This document shows positions 53,670-64,000 of a stretch of 64,000 nucleotides of DNA, piece after piece. The stretch covers positions 1,676,001-1,740,000 of the forward strand of contig CM119373.1 of the NCBI GenBank assembly GCA_051294905.1. The letters run 5' to 3'. A program made the position numbers and the translations under genes. Each line of letters opens with the position of its first letter. The stretch's first letter is position 1. Under the pieces are notes generated by a model. The model saw only the letters and a list, made by a program, of their open reading frames with translations, ran no database searches and was not told where the DNA came from. The stretch comes from Botryllus schlosseri. Taxonomy: Eukaryota.

Positions 53670-54828
53670 CAAGGTGGGCAAACTACGGCCCGCAACACTG
53701 TTCTGTGCGGCCCGCGAGAGTCAAAATAAACTTTTTTAAATATTGATAAAATGCGTACTAAAAATCGAATTAATGCAGGGACTTGATTAAACTTCTTCTT
53801 AGTATATTTCACCATGATAATTCTAAGGCAGTGGTTCTCAAACTGGGTGGCGGGCCCCCTTGTGGGCATGAAAGCATCTGAAGGGGGGCACAGAGCTGAG
53901 CTAAACCGAAAAAAAATTTCGCGCTCGGCGCAATATACTACCAATTCATAATTGTTGCTCTGTATTTGTCTGAATTTCATATTTCAAACTATCTCATCCA
54001 CGGTCGCGACCTTCCATGCCGTTACGCAATCCGTTAGGTCTGCTAGCATCATGGCTGCGTTTTGTGATGTGACGATTAGGGGGCGCGAAATCTTTCACCA
54101 TCATAAGGGGGGGGGGCGTGTCTTAAAAATTGAGAACCAATGTTTGAAGGTAAACAATTCCTATGTTCTTTTTTATGCTTAATTTCTGGCGCGACAGCCG
54201 ATATCAAGGCCCACGCAGTTTGAAAGTTTTCAACTGCTAAACATCACAGAAATCATAAACTAGATTGACATAATTCGGATCACGAGTGTGATTTCAGATT
54301 GGTCACGCTAGTTTTAATTATTTCGGTGATATGCTAATAAAAACGATTTGCGTGTGTTTTAGGTAGATTCGTTCTCTGTATGCGTAGAACTGGGGTTTTA
54401 ATATATTATATCTAAAGCGTGTTTGACGCTAATATGGTTGTGATGCTGTCAGCATTGTGCGTCATGAAACTGAACCAAAACTGGAATTACTAAATCTATG
54501 AACAGATCGCTGCTCACAGATTTAAATTTCAATCCTGTTTTAAGAATCGGGACAACCGACTGTCATCTGTATAGTTTTGACAAATTGCTTATTGAGGTCG
54601 ACCAGCCTATGAAATATCGCAACTATGTTTCTGACGCGTGTACGATATCATCAATATGCAATGTTTGTTTTGTTTTATATAAGCACATATATTATCTCCA
54701 TGCCCTCACTATGTAATCAAATAACAATATTGCGTTTTGGTTTATAATTCCAATTTTATGTAGTGCGGCCCGCTAGTGGATTCAGATGTTGAATGCGGCC
54801 CGCGAGCTCAAAAGTTTGCCCACCCCTG
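53670..54828. mobile_element. hAT MITE(s), with a nested Charlie-like element at about 53829-54142
   Basis: GGTGGGCAAAC / GTTTGCCCACCCCTG ends; right part is the inverse of about 26318-26560; inner CAGTGGTTCTCAA / TTGAGAACCAATG. Confidence 0.65.
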
Positions 54829-55750
54829 GCTTAGGCAATGTAAAGAGGAGGCATGCACACTGAATGAAAGTAAAGAAGATAGTATAGAAAAAGAAAGCGA
54901 CAAGAAATGGGGCGGCATGTCATGGGAAGCGAGATCGATAGGTCAGTCGTGGTCCGGTGATCTTGAGGATGGACTGTATTTATTTAGTAGTAATTGCTTG
55001 TATTTCGACTTGAATGTGGACATGCTCGTCGACTGTCGGATGGCCGGCGGGATCCCCCAAGTAGACGATGATTCCCGTTGTTGATTGTAACCAGGTCATA
55101 CTGACCTAAGGGTTTCGTTATTTCTTTAACAACTGCAGCCAAATTAACATACGCGACCACAGCATCACTTGCCATATCTTTGAACGCAGGTCCTTCTAAA
55201 ACATCGCTAGCGGAACGCTTCTGTGTGCCGCTTATGGCTAGGCATCTGATGCCGGATATATTTGTCGACGAGTTATGTCTATGATCACTACTGATATACC
55301 TACAAATATAACGACTACACCTGGTTTTGAGACGAACATCCCTTGTAGATGTCGTAGCAGTTGTACCTTCCGTTGTTTAGCATAGGTCATAGGACGTCCT
55401 TGTTCGACAACGTTCACCACTCGAATGGACCAATCATCATATTTTTGCAAATTCCATCGTTTGCGAATAATGGAGCCAACACTATCCGTGATATAATGTA
55501 TAATACTATTTGCATGGTATCGATGGCATTCCAGTGATGAACAGAAGGTCTGGAGGTAATCTGTAATCATTGACTGATCCGGCCCGCGAGCGATCGGAAC
55601 TTTTGAATCCAGCCGGCGACCCAAGTTATGTTTGTTGAGCACGTTCACTTCATCACGCAATCACACATCTTATTGAACAATTAGGTTCATGTGCTTCATG
55701 TACGAAGCGTCATTGTTCAACCAGTAAGAATAATAAATAACTTTTTTCAG

Positions 55751-55918
55751 GTTGAAGTAATGGCTATTGAGGACACATACTTGGCGCACGAAAGTCTTGT
55801 CGGGTATTTGGATATTTTTCGACAGTGTCATAGCAGCCATATCTTTCTGTATGATTGTAATCTGAACAAGGAAAAATTCTTGATGATTGCGCAAGACTGC
55901 CAGAAACTTGGCATTCAG
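55751..55918 (+). CDS. LRR-like exon, 2 repeats (VEVMAIEDTYL...IFLYDCNLNKEKF...KLGIQ)
   Basis: cttttttcag|...|gtactg, 168 nt, phase 0-0; hxhxxCNL LRR signature. Confidence 0.82.
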
Positions 55919-56116
55919 GTACTGATAATTACATCTCCATTTCATGTACACACTGTATATTTACGCGATACAGTTTTAGGCCTAGTCAGTAAATTAGAAT
56001 TGATAAATATGCAAACGTAATCGGGTTATGGTGGCACGTCCTAGTCAAGCCTGGGGGTGGTTATTACCACCAATTCGAATTCGATAAATTAATTTTAAAT
56101 TAAGTAGCCCCTAATT

Positions 56117-57089
56117 CAGGAGCGGACAACTTCACCAGTCGGCGGGCTGGATATTGGAAAATTAAATACTTGACGGGCCGGATTGCTGAATCGATACATT
56201 ATTTGCCTATTTATCCATATATATAAGGAATAAATAGTATTTGATGAATGTATTTTAACGACAGCAATGTCACATCACAGCCATTTCTCGTCGATAATGA
56301 CTAATACAATGTGGATTTGAGAACAGCATTGTCATACAGGCGCCCCAATGCCTGCTTCTCTCTGAACAATTAACACACGGTACAATCATAGTTTCTTATA
56401 TGCTATAGACACAAGCAAATCTCACGGTTTTGACATTGTGACGCCACAATTCTGTGTGGAAAAACGAAAGAGAAACTAAGAAGAAAGAGCCTGACAGCAT
56501 TGTTGCGTCACAATTCAAAACTAGATCACAATGCGAACTACAAGGCTGGTCTTTGGGGGTTCCAGGACTATGAGCAGAATAAAATTTATATATTCGTAAT
56601 CGGTACAGTGGCAGCTTTCCATTGATGCCCGATTTATCGAATTTAGTGCTCGGCAAGCCGATCAAAAATAGTCATAAAGTTCCCTTTGACCAAATGGAAA
56701 GTGTGACGTAGACCAATTTCACTGCACCGTGAGATTTACATGTGTCCACACCATATAGGACGCTATGGTACAATCCTTAATTAAGATCTCAAGGCGTTCG
56801 GTGGTTAAGCCCGGTACCCCAAATTAACCAAGATATCAATCCATTAGGATTGACTACATCGTAAATGCCGATATTGCAAGTCTTCTCGCTTCGACGTACT
56901 TACGCGTAAGCTCCACTTTCGCACGCAGCGCACACACGTATAAAAACATACAGTCACTAAAACTTGACGTTTAAGCAAGCAGTGGGGGATCTCGGCAGAC
57001 TTGGGCCGTGGCCAACATTTCATATGAAACGGGAAACTGTCCGCGGGCCCGACGAAATCCCTTCGCGGGCCGTATATTGCCCGCCCCTG
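56117..57089. mobile_element. hAT-type MITE with nested repeat
   Basis: CAGGAGCGGACAA / TTGCCCGCCCCTG ends; GCGGGCCG subterminal motifs. Confidence 0.55.
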
Positions 57090-57273
57090 CTTTAAAGAGT
57101 TATATTCCCGTTTCTTCGCTATAATAGGCGTCCCTTTACCCCTGATTTGGTGTCCCCTGGTTTCAAATATATTTTGTTATCGATAGACAGCTGATCCAAA
57201 TGTTGAAAACTGGCGTTTAGCACCACTTAGAAACATTTACAATATCATTGATTATGCAATTGTTATTCATTAG

Positions 57274-57441
57274 CCCTCACATCTGGATATATGGGATGCT
57301 ACAATCTCAGCCGACACTTACCCCGAAATTGCAATTACACTCAAGTCTATCGGTTGCGAAAGGATCATCTTCAATCGCTGTAATTTGACGAGGAACAAGC
57401 TGTTGGAGTTCTGCTCCGGATGTACAGACAACGATATATCT
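57274..57441 (+). CDS. LRR-like exon, 2 repeats (PSHLDIWDATISADTYPEIAITLKSIGCERIIFNRCNLTRNKLLEFCSGCTDNDIS)
   Basis: ttattcattag|...|gtaagt, 168 nt, phase 0-0; aligns without gaps to 55751-55918 with CNL at the same position. Confidence 0.85.
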
Positions 57442-58599
57442 GTAAGTTTATATTGCGTATGGCAGGGATGGGAAATTATTCCACGCTGGCCAAATGAGAA
57501 TGCAAAATAGGTTGGCGGGCCTAGCAAAAAGTTTAAACCTATTTTTAGACAAATTTCGGGACAGCACAAGAAAACCCCGTTTTTGACGTGTATTCGTACC
57601 GATCAGTTAAATATAGCAATTCTAACATTTTGACCCTTGTCGCCGTACGCTTTCGCCCCCAATCGCCCCAATCTTTTCTGAAAATCGCCCAGTGACGGGC
57701 GATACCGCCAAAGTTGGGAACCACTGACCTACACTGAATCCACTCTAAACGTAGAAAGAAAACTACTTGTACTCAACTACTCTCCGAACCGATATAAGTA
57801 ATAGAAAGAAAAAAATGTACTTTTTCTGAATATTCTACACTCAATTCTGACACTGAACACCAGATATTTTAAAGTAGTGCAGGGATTTCTGGGTATTGCT
57901 GGAGTAGAAGCAGAGCTTACCAAACTATTAGGTTTAATTGAATGGCTACATAACCTGGAAATCATGTCCTGGCCAGTAGCCATATGAGATCTTCCTAATC
58001 TTCCTATTACTCGAGACGAATATATTTCAGACGTTTATGCGAGTGGGTTTAGCAATGAATCTCCTCGATTTTCTCGAATGGAATTGCTGTCATTGTACGT
58101 GATAGTTGCAAAATTTCTTGCAACAAAATAATTCCATCACGCTATGCTATGCGAGATATCCTGAAGATAGCTTGTACAGATCCTTGTGTTGACCGTCGTT
58201 TGTTGGCAAAAACGGTCGATATTAATTTTTTCGTTCGTCGAAATGGTCGGCTCTCACCACACTTCAGTTCTTGCAATCTTTGTTAATAGTTGTACATATG
58301 CTGTACTAATGCGACCTACAGAAGAAAACAATGCACGCCAATTTAAATCTCGTGCGTGGGACATGTTGTATGGGGCGGTGTGAAGACTGTTGTCTCAGCG
58401 TTCTGCATGTCATACTTGTCCATAAAACGTAGAAGGCGAATATTAAAAATACATTCTTGTTGATGTGTGTGGCTTTGGTCACTGGCCAATCAAATGATCA
58501 CACGGCCTGAAAAGTGGAAAAACCAATGCTGTAAATGATGTACCTAAATGTTGTACCTAAAATGTGTGCCGCCACAGATTCTCAGCTGTGATGCTAGTC

Positions 58600-59784
58600 C
58601 AGGGATTCCCAGCTATTTCTTGGCCGTGGCTTATTTTCGGGTTTGAAAATGTGCTGTGGCCCACCTCTTATCTTAGAGTCGTAATCCCGATCCATGCGTG
58701 TTAATCGACGGCGCCGATATGCCAATTTCTCTAAAATCTGCGCATTTTACTGTTAATACGCCGATTATATTTGAATGTAGACGTCTCGGGACATTGAATC
58801 GCGCGAAGCGCTACGAAAAGTTGAATGAATATCCTCCAACAAACGAACAACGAGATAATCTTGCGCCTCCTCGATCCCCCCTCCCAAATTTGGGATTTGG
58901 GTGCGGCAGTTACAGCCGTGGTAGAACATAGGCTAAACCTCCTGGGTATATTATGATCGTTCGCTGCTCCATTCGCGTCGCGAAAGACAACGATCAATGA
59001 TCCACTGTGATTGGGGTTTTAGTTCCACTATTGTGGGGGATAATATAATCATTCTGGACCACCTTCAAATAATGCATCAATGAATGGGGTACTACAGAGA
59101 AGTGGAGAAGGAGTTTTTTAATATGCGTGCTTAACAATGTACATGGTATGTCTTGTATGAACCCAACTGGAGTTGCGATGTCAGAGTATCTAATCCAGTG
59201 ATACAATCAGTTCATGTGACACTTACAATATGTACAATGATTTCCAGACCGGACATTTTAAACCGCTAAATCCTCAATCCATAACGATTCGTTGCGGCGG
59301 TGCAGTATACCTCCGCCAGAAGTTGCTAATAATTTGCAATTATGGCTATTTTTATCTTACATAAGTACCACCTGCCGAAGTACAGTAAATATATAGGCCT
59401 ACATCGATTGCACTTTATTCCGAGTTTATTGCACACCCCTTTCAACGGCATACGACATATGAGCCTATCGGAGTGCTTGGTTACTTCAGCATTACCGTCC
59501 AATTATTATATACTTCAAATTATCTTAGTTGCTGTTAGCCGTAGGTTTTCATAACCAGTGGTAAGAAGCTGCCGTTTCTCCCTCCCGTTTTCTACTTGTA
59601 CAATGTACATTCTGACTCCATACGTGCCACTACGTCTCATCAGACTCGGATGCAAAGGTTTATGAATATATTTTCAGCGCTTAACATAACGACTATAGCT
59701 AAACTTACATTAACTTTAAACTTTTCTAAATAGCTTTGTGGTCCACCTCAAAAGCTCCTGTGGCCCACCCTCTGAGAACCCCTG
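58600..59784. mobile_element. hAT family F copy
   Basis: Perfect TSD TGCTAGTC; homologous to 45296-46517. Confidence 0.9.
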
Positions 59785-61899
59785 TGCTAGTCGATCAGGG
59801 ATTTTGGAAGAAACACTGTATATTATTGAATATCAGGCATGCAGACATGCACAAACAAATTAGGTCCTTAGTCAATCATTCGGAAGCCTAATTGATTGAC
59901 GAAACATCTGGATTTTTTAAAAGCATTTTTCACGAAAAGTTTTGGATGTCTCCTTCCAATTCTAATGCCATAAAACGTGCAATCAAACTTTTACTGTCAT
60001 GCGCCTTATACATTGTTGTGTAAACCTGTTTCGTGTTGAATGAAATTGAAAGAAACCGAAAGGCACTGCTAGAAAACGACGAAACGCGACAATATATGTC
60101 AATGGCCATATGGCCATTGCAGGCTGAACGAACATTTGCACAGAATCGGATGCCACGAAATGGATTATGTGAGCTGTTCGCACAGCCTGGATCAGTGGAA
60201 CATTGCCTGCTAAATGTCAGTGATACTCGACTAGTAGATAATATATCACCGAAGCTGGAAGGAACCATGGCGTTAACATTGTATTATTACAAATTCTTAC
60301 TAGCCCTTTTACTGCAACGGCTATCATAGAATTTGCACTCCTGTCGAATCGAATAATTTAGAAGTCTTGTTCTTATCAAACTTTCGGCCTGGTGCACAAA
60401 GCCCACAGTAGCCGGGCAACAATAAAAAAACACTTTCTACCGGAGAATGTATCAAAGTAATTTTTTAAAATTAATTTCTATGATAATACGTGATGTAATT
60501 ATTGGAATTTTTCACAGGGTCACATATCGGTAAAATAGAAAATTGTCATATCCAAATTCTTCAGTTTTTTATTAAAAAAGTTTTTTTTTCGGGCCAAACT
60601 ACTTCGTAATGACAGACATTTCCTACCAGTGATGAGGATGAGTAGAACAATTCTAATATTATATGAGAAAAACACATAATAGGCGTACGTTAGGTCAAAA
60701 TTTGGACTGAATTAAGTTTCTAGGTTCAACAAATGTCAAAATTTGGATTTTTCACGTCGAAATCTTCCGTCTTATAGGTAAAAAAACCGATCTAGTAATA
60801 ACATACATATAAAAATATTTCGTGAAATAAAAAGAACAGAAAATTCGACAAAGAAGAAACAAAATTCTATGAAAACACTCACGAAGAAGATGGCCGTGTA
60901 ATATCAAGATATCGCCTTCTCCAGATTTTCATGAAACACTCTTGAACCGTCGGAGGTTGCGTCACTGTCTTTCATTAAGAAATTGTGGCGGTAGCATCGT
61001 GAAATCAAAACGAATATTCACAATACAATTAACTGGCACACAAGCTAATCCATTTTAAAATTGGAATCTTGATACCTAAACGAAAAACAATAAAAATAGA
61101 AACCGTATTGCAGTATATATTTTCACAAAGTACTAGCATGAAAAATGATGTTTCACTTGATAAGGTATTAATAGGATTTTGCCAAAGGCGACTCCAATGA
61201 CTGAATTCATCTCTAAGACGTCTGAGTTTTTTAAATTGTCCGTTTTCGGTTTATCAATTCTGGTAGTAAGTGGAATCATACTAGCTTCAATTATAGAGTA
61301 CGGTCGCAACCTTTATTTAATATATTATAAATTCTGATGATTTTTGCAGACACAGATTCAAATTAATCACCGTAGTTGACTTCGAACTTGCGACCATGAT
61401 TGGTGTATTTCATCATTCAGAAATGGTCAGTGATGATGAATATATTTTTTGAAATTAATTTTGCCTACTTTCAGTTCCTACTCAAGAAGTTGTGTTTTCA
61501 AATTACATCCACTTGAAGTTACTTCTGGAACATGTTATTTTGCAAAATGAAAGTAGCTATATAGTGTTTCGTTTTTATGACTTTTATCAATAAAATTTTT
61601 GAAATTGCGTCACAAAATACCCTCTGTATCTTGCAATTTCGAAACTAGTCTCACATTTGATTGACCACTGAAAGTATTTTAGACATAAAATTCGGATAAT
61701 CTACTATTACTACTAAATTCACAGAAACTTCTTTTTAAGATACCATTTGGACTTACTACTTCTACTTGACATAGCTATTACTCGCGATATTTTTCATTTC
61801 ATTGCCTCCCTCCACTAATTACATAATTACATGGAATTTGATAATTATTTACTTACTTATGCGTGTGAGACTGTAGTGTTTGAAAGCATTATGCAGAGA

Positions 61900-62080
61900 G
61901 AGATTGCAAAATGTCAGCGGAAGTTTCATCGCCGTAATTTCTGTATCGACAACACACTGTTTTCAAAAATATCAAAGAAGCCACGAATTCAATGTAAAAA
62001 CATACATGGCCTACACGCCAATGCATGCCTTCCGCTCGCCACGGGAGAGCAAACATTTGCATTGGATATTATTATAAATA
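61900..62080 (+). repeat. Interspersed repeat, second copy at about 63530-63730
   Basis: Shared AATATCAA.GAAGCC...TCAATGTAAA..CATACATGGCCTACAC...TGCATGCCTT.CGCTCG. Confidence 0.65.
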
Positions 62081-64000
62081 ATCCACGGCATATCATATAT
62101 ATACCACGGTATTCTCTGGAGGCCTATACCAATAAATCGGAACTGTATACTTTATTGTGCTACCATAGTGTCCTATGTGGTGTCGACACAAGCAAATCTC
62201 ACGGCTCAGTGAAATTGATTCACGTCACAATTTCCATTTGGCTACAGGCAATTTGACGGTCATTTTCGACCGGCTTGCCGAGCATTAAATTTGGTAAAAC
62301 GGGAATAAATCGAAAGCTGACTCCGCACTGATTACGAAAATATAAATTTTATTCCGCTCGTGGCCCTGGAACTCCCACAATCAGCCTCGAATTTTTCATT
62401 GTTATGGAGATTGGCATTGGGACGCAACAATGCTGCCCCAATATTGCAATATTGAGACAAAATAGTCCACCCAGTTGAGCAGCCATGTTGATCAAACACA
62501 ACATTAGTACAACAACGAGCTCACTAACATGGTTGATGGGCAAGGGTACTACGAAAGGAGTAACATTCTATCAAGGAATTAGTCTATATATAAAACATGA
62601 AATATTTAAATCATTAACTTCATTTTATTTTGAACTATGAGCTGCGCGCGATACTTGACGAGGCTTATTAGTTACCAACTAATCTATACTGGGGATAGGC
62701 AGACATGGTACTAACTGAAATACCATCTCATCATAAGGACTGATCTTGTGGGAAATCACTAGGCCGTTTTTTTAACGTCTCGGTCATGGTAGTGTCTGTG
62801 CCATTGTACGTCAAGGCAATATGCTCATTGTTTAATCAGCTTACCCACCAACGTTTTCGTGGCCGAAGTCTTTTCAGTTAGTGACGAATAGTGTTGTTGG
62901 GCACAGGTCAATAGCTTAATTTGAAGCAACTACTATAATTTGATGCTTTATCATCGCCTTCTTCCAAAACCACAAACCAGATCGTCGGCCGCATGTGGCC
63001 GCGTGTTCGTGTCTTCGTGACCCCTGACCCCCATGCTTATAGGAATGCACTGTAATTTGACATGATCTGTGCTTGATTTTGATTTATTTTTCATTCACAT
63101 TTTCATACAATTTCCAAGCATTGGCGAATTCAGTAATTATAATTTTAATTCTAATCTAATTTGGGAGAAGCTGTGTAGCTTTATTTCTAATTCTAATCTA
63201 ACTTGGGAAAATTGTGTAGCTCTAATTCTAATTCGTATCTAATTTTGAAAACCTGAAAATTTTCTAGTTGTCCGAGTCAGCATTCATTGATTCGATAACC
63301 GTGTAATTCCATTGTGACTCAACAAACTTGACAAAATAAGAGGTCAGTGCAGAGTGGTCGATTGTCGCTTCATTACAAAGCATTCGTTGTTTTCAATAAA
63401 ACTTTCTTTCTTTGACGATATTACCAGTATTTGCGCAAAATGTCCTCGCGGGTTGCATGTTCGGGACACAGGCTTAGAGCTTGTTAATTGCTGTTATCAA
63501 TATTATTGCTGGTGTAAATAAAGCAAAGAATTGTCAGCGTCGACATGACGTTACTGGTTTATTGCGAATTAATCTTCATCTCCGGTATTTTTGAATTGGC
63601 AGCACAACATTTTCATGAATATCAACGAAGCCCGAAAATCAATGTAAATGCATACATGGCCTACACACCATTGCATGCCTTACGCTCGTTGCAGGCAGGC
63701 AAACGTTTACAGCGGATCTTAATATAAATAAGCAGCAGCTGAGAATTCAATACTCACAGACGGGATTGCATAGTATATTTTCCACACAATTTTGATATCT
63801 GAAATCGGTTCATCGTACAAACGGTCTGTTCGAATTCACATCCCGTCGAGAATCAACATCTGTGACTTTTCAGTGTCTCCTGATAGGAGAGCAACTCTTC
63901 AAGAAATTTTATAAACCATAAGGTATTCTTTATTGCAGTCTTAACATAGAGGTACCCTATGTAAATAGATTGATGTAGCTATTATACAATTCATTTAATA

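Larger units (their letters stand above)
2269..57441 (+). other. Multi-exon NLR-like (NACHT + WH/HD2 + LRR) gene; 15 exons reconstructed, 5' and 3' ends not identified
   Basis: All 15 exons have AG/GT boundaries and compatible phases and join into one open frame; NACHT motifs, the WH motif FSHQTMQ|EFCCAL split by an intron, and two 56-codon LRR-like exons. Confidence 0.85.

Noticed and set aside
60033..60329. 98-aa plus ORF as a possible terminal NLR exon
   Set aside because: Not LRR-like and no convincing acceptor; terminal exon left undetermined.

Overview
Eukaryotic, AT-rich, transposon-dense animal DNA. An invertebrate such as a tunicate is my inference from exon style and TE content, not something the sequence proves. 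The window is dominated by one large + strand multi-exon gene, which I rebuilt by hand from splice sites and phases: an NLR-like NACHT-LRR immune receptor spanning at least 2269..57441, with neither the start nor the stop exon identified. Core: NACHT exon 20729-21861 (GEAGAGKST, LITIDGLDQ, TTSR), WH/HD2 exons 24162-24324 and 39637-39956, and two 168-nt phase-0 LRR-like exons (55751-55918, 57274-57441). Upstream of NACHT there is no death-fold domain in the window. Instead, ten small symmetric phase-1 exons (51-93 nt) encode a disordered tail. The tail holds a tandemly duplicated 3-exon/58-aa module ending in RSVMERKR[FL]FE and a dedicated exon with an N/Q/G/V-rich GDQ pseudo-repeat (AEGDQVNQSFENSTVNVVAGDQYITN). 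That exon resembles the amyloid-signalling (RHIM/ASM-type) motifs of NLRs. Introns are packed with hAT-type MITEs with 8-bp TSDs (several nested), decayed hAT and THAP/P transposases, LINE fragments (Tx1/L1-like, R4-like, I-group-like), a long-TIR foldback element and a tRNA-derived SINE. Most ORFs in the supplied track are spurious.
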